Source: Pirellulales bacterium
Lineage (GTDB): Bacteria; Planctomycetota; Planctomycetia; Pirellulales; UBA7805
Assembly (NCBI GenBank): GCA_046582885.1
Contig: JAYGDO010000438.1
Location: 1-47,514, forward strand
Reading direction: 5' to 3'
DNA: 47,514 bases
The translations under genes and the position numbers were made by a program. Under the pieces are notes generated by a model. The model did not search any database, had not been told where the DNA came from, and worked only from the letters and a program-made list of their open reading frames with translations. Numbering within the stretch: position 1 is the stretch's first letter; each line of letters opens with the position of its first letter. Positions 21,768 through 30,763 of the stretch are shown here, piece after piece.

Positions 21768-21800
21768 TGCAATTAGCATGCACTTAACCTCGACTGTCAA
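21768..21800 (-). promoter_or_regulatory. ZIP promoter (perfect -35) with overlapping Fur-family-like palindrome
   Basis: TTGACA on the minus strand at 21795-21800; TGCAATTAGCATGCA (TGCA-N7-TGCA) at 21768-21782 covers the expected -10. Confidence 0.5.
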
Positions 21801-21828
21801 CAAGGTCCGGTGCTGCCAATTCGTCTGC

Positions 21829-21885
21829 TTGACAATTCGTTCCCGGCGGCAAATACTTAATTAATCAACCAATCGTTTAAATATA
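21829..21885 (+). promoter_or_regulatory. sigma70 promoter and putative ArsR/SmtB operator
   Basis: TTGACA (21829-21834)-17 bp-AATACT (21852-21857), then AT-rich imperfect palindrome TCAA-N8-TTAA (21865-21880). Confidence 0.55.
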
Positions 21886-21895
21886 GGTGGGCCTG

Positions 21896-22240
21896 ATGCC
21901 GGAAGCCACATGCAGATCCGAAGATCACCGCCAGGACAACCGCTACGTGGCCGAACTGCCGCTTTGCGAGCGTGCGGCCGGAATATTCGCGGCGCTTGGC
22001 GATCCCAAGAGACTGCAACTCTTGTCGTTACTTCATGGCGGTGAAATGTGCGTGTCGGAGATCGCCGATGCCCTAAGCGACAATCTGCCCGCAGTTTCAC
22101 AACGCCTGAAGTTGCTGCGTGGCGAGAGCATTGTCAGCTCGCGCCGCGCGGGAAAACACGTTTACTACTCACTGGACGACCAGCACGTCGTCGATTTGGT
22201 ATCCAATGCCCTGGCACATGCCGAAGAACACCGCCGATGA
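21896..22240 (+). CDS. ArsR/SmtB-family metal-sensing repressor (alpha5 site)
   Basis: FAALGDPKRL, EMCVSEI, AVSQRLKLLR, VYYSL; D-x-H-x10-H-x2-E (DQHVVDLVSNALAHAEE). Confidence 0.92.
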   Translation: MPEATCRSEDHRQDNRYVAELPLCERAAGIFAALGDPKRLQLLSLLHGGEMCVSEIADALSDNLPAVSQRLKLLRGESIVSSRRAGKHVYYSLDDQHVVDLVSNALAHAEEHRR

Positions 22241-22273
22241 ATAGCAACCGCGACCCTTTAAAGGAGAATTGCC

Positions 22274-22621
22274 GTGACAAACTCAACACACTCCGGCCAT
22301 GACCATCAACATGGCCCCGGATGCGGACACACCTCCGTCGAGCACGATGGACACATCGATTATTTGCACGATGGGCACCTCCACCATCAACTCGAAGACG
22401 GCACGGTTGAAGAACACACGATCACCGCATCCGCAACGAACCCGACTGCCTGCACGGCAGGCCACAATTGCAACGGACACGACGCCAATCATGTCCACGG
22501 TCCGAATTGCGGACATGAAACGGTTCCACACGATGACCATTTCGACTATCTGGTCGACGGCCATTTACATCACCCGCACGGCGACCACTGCGACGATCAC
22601 GGTCAACTCAACGTGAAGTAA
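22274..22621 (+). CDS. His/Cys-rich two-repeat metal-binding protein
   Basis: 115 aa, about 25 His and 5 Cys by hand count; two copies of HxHGPxCGHxxVxHDxHxDYLxDGHLHH; AAGGAG RBS. Confidence 0.88.
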   Translation: MTNSTHSGHDHQHGPGCGHTSVEHDGHIDYLHDGHLHHQLEDGTVEEHTITASATNPTACTAGHNCNGHDANHVHGPNCGHETVPHDDHFDYLVDGHLHHPHGDHCDDHGQLNVK

Positions 22622-22701
22622 AAGGATGAACGACAACGCAGCACCTCGAATTTTTCAGCACTACTTGGTTGAACGTAGCGTCGATGTATGCGAGAAAATC
22701 C

Positions 22702-23139
22702 GTGGCCAAAAAACAATCATTCACGAAGATGACCGTTGACGAAGCTCGTGACCGCCTGCGGGCCGCAGGTTTGCGATGCACAGCGTGCCGGATCGCCGTG
22801 CTGCGGCATTTGGCCGGACGCAGCAATCCGGTCAGCCATGCCGAAGTTGCCGAACCGCTGGCTGCCGATGGTTTCGACAATTCGACGATCTACCGCTCGC
22901 TTGTTGAATTTTCTGAAGGTGGCATAACCGCGAGGCTTGACGTCGGCGACCACGTTTGGCGGTTCGAACTGCTAAGCCCCGATCAGGAAATCACGGATCA
23001 CGCCCATTTCATGTGCGTCGACTGCGGTCAAGTCACCTGTGCCGACGATGTTTCGATTCGTGTCACCGGAAAGAGCAAATCCGATTTAGGACAGGTCACC
23101 GAAGTGCTCCTCAAGGGACATTGTCCGACGTGCCAGTGA
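22702..23139 (+). CDS. Fur-family transcriptional regulator
   Basis: GLRCT..RIAVL, STIYRSL, HAHFMCVDCG, C-terminal GHCPTC; start uncertain (22702 or 22729). Confidence 0.9.
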   Translation: MAKKQSFTKMTVDEARDRLRAAGLRCTACRIAVLRHLAGRSNPVSHAEVAEPLAADGFDNSTIYRSLVEFSEGGITARLDVGDHVWRFELLSPDQEITDHAHFMCVDCGQVTCADDVSIRVTGKSKSDLGQVTEVLLKGHCPTCQ

Positions 23140-23161
23140 CACGCATTTTACTCCCCGGCGA

Positions 23162-23189
23162 CAAGGGCCGAAGAGCAAGGGCCGAAGAG
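23162..23189. repeat. 14-bp tandem duplication (CAAGGGCCGAAGAG x2)
   Basis: 23162-23175 and 23176-23189 are identical; intergenic. Confidence 0.85.
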
Positions 23190-23283
23190 GCGGAATCGTA
23201 GTGGATCCCAACGAATTTCACCGCGGCCAGATCACGTCTTCCTTCATCGCATCATGGGAGACAGATCGTTAGATAGCAGTCAC

Positions 23284-24357
23284 TTAGTCGATCCCGGCCA
23301 ACTCACACAGATTCGACAACATTACCGACTCAGGACAACTCCAAACGAGAAAGAACATCGCCTCGCGGCACCAGCGGCCGACGGGATGGCCTGCCACATA
23401 GCCCGTTCCTTTGGCGGCAGCCAGCGCAGCCTGTGTCGCCCGCAACACCAAACTGTTCGCAGCGATCCGTAGTTGCTCGCTGCTGCATACCGGATTTCCA
23501 GCCGCCAGGCCCAGCAGGCTCTCTTCCAATTCGGCCTGCTCACCACGCAGACCCGCAGTCGCCTCACGCAAATCCGACCGATGTTCGCACTCGTCCGCCA
23601 GAAACTCGACCGCGCGGCCCGCCAAGCCGACCGCCAGCGCTGAAGTTTGCAGCCCCCCCGTCTTGGCACCGGTGGCGCCCGCAATCACATTTTCTTTTGG
23701 CCCTTCGAGAAGCCACTTTCGATCGAGTTTCACACCGTTCAGACGAACCGCACCGGTCCGGCTTGCCGTCAGCGCCACTAGCTTGGCCGGATCATCGGTA
23801 CTGACTCCATACAGATCCATCGGCAGTATCGCCAGCAACTGTCGACCGTCGTCAAGTTGTGCGCCGATCAGCACCCAATCCGCCCGCTCGCCGCCGGTAA
23901 CCCACGGGCTAAATCCGTCCAACAAAAATCCATGATCTGACTCTTCCGCCCGCAATGCCGTCCCCGCCAAGTGGCGACGACTCGTCGTCAAATGTGAAAT
24001 CCCCAAAGTGGTGAACGCATCGCCAATAAGCAAATCGTGCAGTATCTCGCCTTTAAGTTCATCGCTACCTGTCGCGGCAAGCCTGCGTATGGCACCGGTT
24101 GCTTGCGTCAGAATAAAAGTCGTTGTCATGCACGCGGCGCTCAACCTCACATAGCCGCGCATCAAATCAACTTCCGTCCATCCCAACCCACCGTCTTCGG
24201 CCGCCAAAAACCAACGGTAAACGCCGTACCGCGCACACAGTTTAAGCTGCGCATCCGGCCATTGCCCGGCCGCGTCGACCTCTTCGGCGGACGAGGCCAG
24301 CGCGCGGCAAAGCGTGTCCAGCGAGGGATCATCCGGCGAACTAATAACCTCTGACAT
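23284..24357 (-). CDS. Acyl-CoA dehydrogenase superfamily protein
   Basis: DGGLG, LSAACMTTTFILTQ, LDGFSPWVTG, HPVGRWCREAMF. Confidence 0.8.
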   Translation of the reverse strand: MSEVISSPDDPSLDTLCRALASSAEEVDAAGQWPDAQLKLCARYGVYRWFLAAEDGGLGWTEVDLMRGYVRLSAACMTTTFILTQATGAIRRLAATGSDELKGEILHDLLIGDAFTTLGISHLTTSRRHLAGTALRAEESDHGFLLDGFSPWVTGGERADWVLIGAQLDDGRQLLAILPMDLYGVSTDDPAKLVALTASRTGAVRLNGVKLDRKWLLEGPKENVIAGATGAKTGGLQTSALAVGLAGRAVEFLADECEHRSDLREATAGLRGEQAELEESLLGLAAGNPVCSSEQLRIAANSLVLRATQAALAAAKGTGYVAGHPVGRWCREAMFFLVWSCPESVMLSNLCELAGID

Positions 24358-24543
24358 AGTCGGATTTCAGTCGATTGTTGAATTGAGGGTGGAACCGGGC
24401 ACCAATTCAACTTAGCCGGATGCGGAATCATGAGCAACTCATCACACACGCTCCGCACAAACAAGACTATTTACGATTTGGCGAAAACCGTATAATTCGC
24501 CGGTCGTTTTCCATGACACTTTCCGCAAAAATGAATTCCCGCA

Positions 24544-26742
24544 ATGAGTCAGATCCAAGAACTTCCGCCCGAACCGAAACGTCTACCAATCGGCGAAGAA
24601 ATGCCTGCCGAGGCGCTTTATGACAAGTGCATGGCATTGGCCCACAACCTCTGGTGGTCCTGGCACGCCGACGTGGTCAACCTGTTCCGCGACCTCGACC
24701 CCATCCGCTGGCGGCAGTTAGACCACAATCCAATTGCGCAGCTATCCGAGTTCACGCCCGAACGGCTGGAGACGCGGGCGAGCGAACTGGTTCTGTACAG
24801 CCGTATCAATCAGGCTCATCGGCGTTTGAAAGAATACCAAGCCACCAAAACAACTTGGGGGCGAACACACGCCGGCGTGCTCGGCGCCCGGCCGGTCGCA
24901 TATTTCTCTGCCGAATTCGGCATCCACGAATCCGTGCCCATTTACTCCGGCGGTTTAGGCATCCTCTCGGGCGACCACATTAAAAGCGCCAGCGGCCTCG
25001 GCATTCCATTGGTCGCTGTAGGACTATTTTACGACCAAGGTTATTTCCGGCAGCGGCTAGATCTCGAAGGATACCAGGTCGAAGAGTACCAAGACACTCG
25101 CGTCGAAAATCTACCGATGGAACCGGCCGTGGGCCGTGACGGACAGCCCATCACGGTTGAAATTGAAACTCGAGGCGACACGCTATTCGCCAAAGTTTGG
25201 CTGATGCGGGTCGGCCGCGTGAACCTATACCTGTTTGATTGCGATGTCGAAGGCAATCAGCCGGAAGATCGCGAATTGACAAGCCGCCTCTACGGCGGCG
25301 ACCACCGCACCCGTATCCGCCAAGAGTTGGTGCTTGGCGTCGGCGGCGTTCGAGCACTGCGGGCACTCGGCATCGACCCGGGCGTCCTGCATCTGAACGA
25401 AGGGCATAGTGCGTTTGCGGGACTGGAGATGATCCGCAAAACCATGAAAGACGACGGGGTATCATTCGACGAAGCCCTCCGCGATGTCGCGCGGAAAACG
25501 GTGTTCACGACACATACGCCTGTCCCCGCGGGGCACGATCGCTTTGACGGCGACCTGATTGAGGAGCACCTCGGACCGCTTCGCGATCAACTCGGCATCG
25601 CTCGCGAACAATTAATGGGCTTAGGCCGCGTCGAGCCGCAAAATGACGGAGAGTCGTTCTGCATGACCGTCCTGGCTCTAAAACTCTCGCGCTGTGCCAA
25701 CTCAGTCAGTGCGCTGCACGGACATGTCAGCCGTCGTATGTGGGCACACCTTTGGCCGTGGCGAGTCGAAGAAGAGATCCCAATCGGACACATCACCAAC
25801 GGGGTCCACATCCCGAGTTGGCTCGCCTTTCAAATGCGGCAGCTTTACGACCGCTACTTTCCGGGAAAGTGGTTCCGGCGGATGGGAGAACCCGAAGTTT
25901 GGCAACACATTTTTAACATCGATCCGGGCGAGCTATGGGAAACGCACTATGCACTGAAGAGCCTGATGATCGATTTCGTCCGCCGCCGCATCAGCCGCCA
26001 ATGCCGCCGCCGCGGTGAAAGCGACGAAGTGGTTGACGCGGCTCGCAATCTACTCGACCCAAACATTCTGACGATCGGATTTGCGCGGCGGTTCGCCACA
26101 TACAAACGCGCCGACCTAGTCTTCAAAGATGTCGAACGCATCTCGGCGCTGCTGCAGGATCAAGAGCGGCCGATCCAGTTCATTTACGCTGGCAAAGCGC
26201 ATCCGGCCGACGAACCAGGAAAACAACTCATCAAGCAAATTGCGAACATGCGACACGACGAACGCACAGCAGGGCGTGTCGTGTTTGTGGAAGACTACGA
26301 TGTCAATGTCGGGCGCCATCTGGTGCAGGGGGTCGACGTTTGGCTCAACAACCCGCGCCGCCCGCTAGAAGCGTCCGGGACCAGCGGACAAAAAGTCGTA
26401 CTCAACGGGGGACTGAATCTGTCGATTCTTGACGGTTGGTGGGCGGAAGCATACGACGGTGAAAACGGCTTCGCGATCGGCCCGGGCCGCAACCACGCAT
26501 CGGACGAGGTGACCGACGAACGCGACGCCTTGGCGCTGTATGACGCGCTCGAGAATGAAGTCGTACCAATGTATTACGATCGTGACGTCGATGGGCTACC
26601 GCGCCGTTGGATCGAGCGGATGATGAATTCAATCGGCTCTTTGGCTTGGCGGTTCAGCGCTCATCGCATGGTCATGGACTATTGCCGCACGGCTTACGTT
26701 CCGGCCGCCGGTGGTTTAAGCTGCGACATGGGTGTCCGGTAA
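24544..26742 (+). CDS. glgP: Alpha-glucan (glycogen/starch) phosphorylase
   Basis: YFSAEFG, YSGGLG, HLNEGH, FTTHTPVPAGHD, ARRFATYKR, EASGTSGQK (PLP lysine). Confidence 0.95.
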   Translation: MSQIQELPPEPKRLPIGEEMPAEALYDKCMALAHNLWWSWHADVVNLFRDLDPIRWRQLDHNPIAQLSEFTPERLETRASELVLYSRINQAHRRLKEYQATKTTWGRTHAGVLGARPVAYFSAEFGIHESVPIYSGGLGILSGDHIKSASGLGIPLVAVGLFYDQGYFRQRLDLEGYQVEEYQDTRVENLPMEPAVGRDGQPITVEIETRGDTLFAKVWLMRVGRVNLYLFDCDVEGNQPEDRELTSRLYGGDHRTRIRQELVLGVGGVRALRALGIDPGVLHLNEGHSAFAGLEMIRKTMKDDGVSFDEALRDVARKTVFTTHTPVPAGHDRFDGDLIEEHLGPLRDQLGIAREQLMGLGRVEPQNDGESFCMTVLALKLSRCANSVSALHGHVSRRMWAHLWPWRVEEEIPIGHITNGVHIPSWLAFQMRQLYDRYFPGKWFRRMGEPEVWQHIFNIDPGELWETHYALKSLMIDFVRRRISRQCRRRGESDEVVDAARNLLDPNILTIGFARRFATYKRADLVFKDVERISALLQDQERPIQFIYAGKAHPADEPGKQLIKQIANMRHDERTAGRVVFVEDYDVNVGRHLVQGVDVWLNNPRRPLEASGTSGQKVVLNGGLNLSILDGWWAEAYDGENGFAIGPGRNHASDEVTDERDALALYDALENEVVPMYYDRDVDGLPRRWIERMMNSIGSLAWRFSAHRMVMDYCRTAYVPAAGGLSCDMGVR

Positions 26743-26769
26743 CAACTCGTTAGGGCGTGTCTGGTCCCT

Positions 26770-28044
26770 TTACAACGCCCGTCGGATGCGTCGGCGCGGA
26801 CGGCCTCCCGGCTTTAACGGAGGCGCTGGTTTCGCGGCGGCATCATCCTTCGGCTCTTGTTCCTGCTTGACTGGAACCGCAACCGACTCGAAGTCCCGCA
26901 TCTCGTCACGGGCCAACAGTTTGTTAATCCGCACCTCGATTCGAGTAAGTTCACCGCCTTCTTCCGGAGTAACAAACGAATAGGCGATACCCTCCTCGAG
27001 CCCTTCTTTGCTCATGCGTCCCGTCCGGCCAACTCGGTGGACATAGTCGTCGCAAAACGCCGGAATGTCGTAGTTGATAATGTGTGAAATGCCGCTGACA
27101 TCGATTCCCCGGCCAACGACATCGGTCGCAATCAAGATCTGTACCTTCCCCTCTCGAAAACGAGACATGACGCGATCGCGGGCGCTTTGAGGCAGATCTC
27201 CGTGAATACAGGAGACGTTGTGATTGTGTTTTTTCAGCCGATTGGCAATCTGGTCCGTGCGGCGTTTTGTGCGACAAAACACAATGGCTTGCCTCGGCTG
27301 CTCGCGCTGAAGGAGCCTCTGCAGCAGGTCATATTTCCGGTTTTGATCAACCGTGAAATAAAACTGTTCGATGGTCCCTGCCGCGATATCCTCCGGCGAA
27401 AAATCGAGCGACTCTGGATTCTGCATGTAACGCAAGGCGAGCCGCTGGACAGGTGGCGGCACCGTTGCGCTGAGCAGCATTGTCTGACGATCTCTCGGGC
27501 AGCGTCGCAGGATTTTTTCGATGTCCGGCCTGAATCCGATATCCAGCATTCGGTCGGCCTCGTCCAAAACTACGAACAAAATGTTGCTTAGGTCGAGAGT
27601 CCCTCGACTGAGATGGTCCAAGACCCGGCCGGGAGTGCCGATCACAATGTCGATCCCTCGCGCGAGTTTTTCAATTTGGCTGCGGATCGGTTTGCCGCCA
27701 TATACCGCGGCGATTTTAGCTTTTTGCCCGTGCGCCAGCTTAACGATCTCGCCACGTACTTGAACAGCCAATTCACGGGTAGGCACGAGCACTATCGCCT
27801 GAGGCCCGCGCGACTGTGATTGCTGAAGCTGTTCCAAAATCGGAATTGCGAACGCCGCGGTCTTGCCCGTGCCCGTTCGGGCTTGACCAATAACATCGGC
27901 GCCGTCGAGCGCACGCGGGATCAAACCGGCTTGAACTGGCGTGGGCGCAGCATACTCGGCATGTTCGACTGCCTTCATCATGATGTCAGACAGCCCCAAG
28001 TCCGAAAAACCTACGTCGTTATGCGGCAGCGGCTCGGTCATCAT
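26770..28044 (-). CDS. DEAD-box ATP-dependent RNA helicase
   Basis: Q motif, TGTGKT, PTRELA, DEAD, SAT, HRVGRTGR. Confidence 0.96.
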   Translation of the reverse strand: MMTEPLPHNDVGFSDLGLSDIMMKAVEHAEYAAPTPVQAGLIPRALDGADVIGQARTGTGKTAAFAIPILEQLQQSQSRGPQAIVLVPTRELAVQVRGEIVKLAHGQKAKIAAVYGGKPIRSQIEKLARGIDIVIGTPGRVLDHLSRGTLDLSNILFVVLDEADRMLDIGFRPDIEKILRRCPRDRQTMLLSATVPPPVQRLALRYMQNPESLDFSPEDIAAGTIEQFYFTVDQNRKYDLLQRLLQREQPRQAIVFCRTKRRTDQIANRLKKHNHNVSCIHGDLPQSARDRVMSRFREGKVQILIATDVVGRGIDVSGISHIINYDIPAFCDDYVHRVGRTGRMSKEGLEEGIAYSFVTPEEGGELTRIEVRINKLLARDEMRDFESVAVPVKQEQEPKDDAAAKPAPPLKPGGRPRRRIRRAL

Positions 28045-28814
28045 CTATCTACGTTATCTAAAGAATTTCCACCCAGTGAATTACACCGCCCGCCACCAAC
28101 TAACCCTAGCAGGCACAATGACTTCCGTCAACTCAAGATATTACTCGGCGCAAAGAAAAACCAGCCTATCTTGTTCCGCTTAGACAAGCCGGCCTGAACC
28201 TATGCTCGAGTTCGTCAGACTTCCCGCCGCAAAAACTGTAGGCCGATCACTTATTCTTGGTTCCTTTTTCGCCGACGCCATCGCCTCTCTTTTCATGGCA
28301 ACCTTTTTCTTGGTTGCCACCTTTCAAACTCTTCAAACCACAGTCCATCTGCTGAACATTTCCTCGGCCGCGTGCACGGCACTGCGACAGGCGAGAATGG
28401 AACCAAGCCGCGTCAGCGTAGAGAATTCCAACACAGGCAGAATTAGACCACTATCCACCGGCGGTCATTACGTCACTCGTGATGAAACAGACCATCACAA
28501 ACGCGATGCTCAGCGCCAAGTTAATCGTATCGGGCGTCATGCCGTTAAATCCTAAAGCTGTTATTGCCGCATCCTCGGGCACCACTAGGTTCGCCGTGTA
28601 GCGTACAGGTTGTTTCGGCAATCTAAATAGGCAGCAATTACCTTGCGGTCCGGCGGTCAATCAATGCGGCCAGCGTGGCAACTTTGCGCAACTCGAATAT
28701 TCGCTACGACACTCGCGAACACCCGTACGCTGAGCAGGCACATGCGGGCGACTGTACAATTCGTGCACACCATTCGTGGCAACCGCCAGCGGCGGGATAA
28801 CCGTGCGCGGCAGC

Positions 28815-30401
28815 CTAAGACCAACGGCCGCCACTACCGTTCTCGTCGCCATTACTCTCTTGGTCGTTTCCGCTACTGACGGCCGAGATATATTGCGACC
28901 AACTTTCGAGCTGTTCGATGGTCAGGCTGTTCTCGCGAGTGATCTCGTGCTTCAATTCGGTTTCCGTTCCTTGCACTTTCACCATGATCGTCAGCCGGCC
29001 GTTCTCCAGATACCGAAAACGCACATCGATTGGCGTCTCCGCCGGCAAATCTTGCGGTAGGTCCCGAACGACACACTTGCCAATCTGCGAACAGTCCTCC
29101 GGAGTGGCGCTTTCACCTTCGACGATTTGGACCAGAATGGACTTCTGCCCAGCTCGTTGTGTCTTGAAAACCCGTCGGGCACTCACCGGCAACGGCGTGT
29201 TCCGCGGGATCAAGATCGCATTACGGCGGCGCTGCGTTTTGGGGTCGGTCGCCACGACTCCGAGACTATGGGAATTGACATTCTTGATGTCAAAAGCGGG
29301 CGGTGCCCCATCCGCTTTGTCCAGTATTAACTTGGCTCGCAGCGCCGCACCGTGCGCGACAGCCTCGTCGGCAGACACACTGCGGTCCGGCTCTTTGCCG
29401 GTCAGCCGTTTGAGCATCTCGATCACCATGGGCATCCGCGTCGAGCCACCCACCATCAGCACGAGATCAATCTGTTCCCAACTCAGGCCCGCGGCTTGCA
29501 GCGTTTGTCGCGTCGTAAATTCAGTTCGGTCTAGCAAGTCTCGCGTTATTTCCTCAAATCGTTCTCTGGTCATTTCGACACGCACGGCCTGACCGCGGTA
29601 GTCGCACGTGACGGACACTTTATTGCGGGCAGAAAGCGTCCGCTTGGCGTCTTCGCACTCGCGCCAAAGCCGTCCGAAAGTGCAAGGGTCCTCGCGTGGG
29701 TCGAGTCCGTGATTTCGAATGAACTCTTCAGCCACAAAGTCCACGATCCGCTGATCCCAGTCTCGCCCGCCCAGTAACACGTCGCCGTCGGTCGCCAGTG
29801 CCGTAAAATTCGTCCCGCTAATTTCCATGACGGTAACGTCAAACGTACCACCACCTAGGTCGTACACCAAGATTTTCTTGTCTTCTTTGTCGTCCTCATC
29901 GCCCGTGAGAATTCCCCTGGAATAGCCGAAGGCGATGGCAGCGGCCGTCGGCTCGTTGATGATGTCCAGAACCTCGAAACCCGCCATCTGACCGGCGTCT
30001 TGCGTGGCCTTTCGCCGCACTTCGTCGAAGTACGCGGGCACCGTAATAACAACTTTTTTGATCGGGCCTACCTGTTGCTCGGCGTCATTTTTCAGCTTAC
30101 GGAGGATGAACGCCTGAATCGCCTCGGGAGGATACTGACGGCCCTCGAGCAGTTTATGAAATGCGCGATGCCCTAAATCGCGCTTGGCACATTCGGCCAC
30201 CGCTTCGGCGTCCGTGGCGACGGCCTTCAACGCTTCCTTGCCGACGATCACCGTGCTTCCTTCGAACAACACGGCGCTGGGGGTCACCAAATCGCCTTCC
30301 GCATTGACCAACGTCGTGGGGCGGCCCGACTCGTCCACATATGCGACCGCCGAATAGGTAGTCCCCAAGTCGATTCCGAAAGGCTTATTCTTTGTTGTCA
30401 T
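28815..30401 (-). CDS. Hsp70-family protein, non-canonical (NBD + SBD-beta, no helical lid)
   Basis: [40 protein letters not shown]; 528 aa ending soon after the beta-sandwich. Confidence 0.92.
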   Translation of the reverse strand: MTTKNKPFGIDLGTTYSAVAYVDESGRPTTLVNAEGDLVTPSAVLFEGSTVIVGKEALKAVATDAEAVAECAKRDLGHRAFHKLLEGRQYPPEAIQAFILRKLKNDAEQQVGPIKKVVITVPAYFDEVRRKATQDAGQMAGFEVLDIINEPTAAAIAFGYSRGILTGDEDDKEDKKILVYDLGGGTFDVTVMEISGTNFTALATDGDVLLGGRDWDQRIVDFVAEEFIRNHGLDPREDPCTFGRLWRECEDAKRTLSARNKVSVTCDYRGQAVRVEMTRERFEEITRDLLDRTEFTTRQTLQAAGLSWEQIDLVLMVGGSTRMPMVIEMLKRLTGKEPDRSVSADEAVAHGAALRAKLILDKADGAPPAFDIKNVNSHSLGVVATDPKTQRRRNAILIPRNTPLPVSARRVFKTQRAGQKSILVQIVEGESATPEDCSQIGKCVVRDLPQDLPAETPIDVRFRYLENGRLTIMVKVQGTETELKHEITRENSLTIEQLESWSQYISAVSSGNDQESNGDENGSGGRWS

Positions 30402-30723
30402 CTCTACTTCATCTGTTCCGGAAAAAGAAATAGCCCGCAGTACCGTTGCGGCGGACTCGTAAATCGTTCAATTCACCCCTCACCCCGCCATTTTAAATGA
30501 AGCTGAAAGGATAGCAAAGGTCCGACCTTCCAGGGGCGCGGCTATCCGGCCACAGGCTGCCGAATCATCCAACGCCTCATCACTCAATACGTCCGTCAGA
30601 AGGAAGCTACCCTGCTCATATGTACTTTGGGTTACTAATTCGCCATCCGGAAACTACGCATCTTACGACCCAGCCGTTTCGTTTTTCCTCGAACTACACT
30701 CAGGTCTATTGACTCCCGGCCCT

Positions 30724-30744
30724 ATAGTGTAATAATTACACTAA
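30724..30744. promoter_or_regulatory. NrtR operator
   Basis: Palindrome TAGTGT-AATAATT-ACACTA with the GT-N7-AC NrtR core, just downstream of TTGACT (30709-30714) and upstream of the operon encoding NrtR. Confidence 0.8.
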
Positions 30745-30763
30745 GATAGTGGAGAATCCAACG

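Noticed and set aside
28202-28555. 117-aa plus-strand ORF in the helicase-Hsp70 gap
   Set aside because: No RBS or recognisable motif; not supportable as a gene
28815-30401. Calling either Hsp70 dnaK
   Set aside because: No lid domain, divergent interdomain linker, no grpE/dnaJ context
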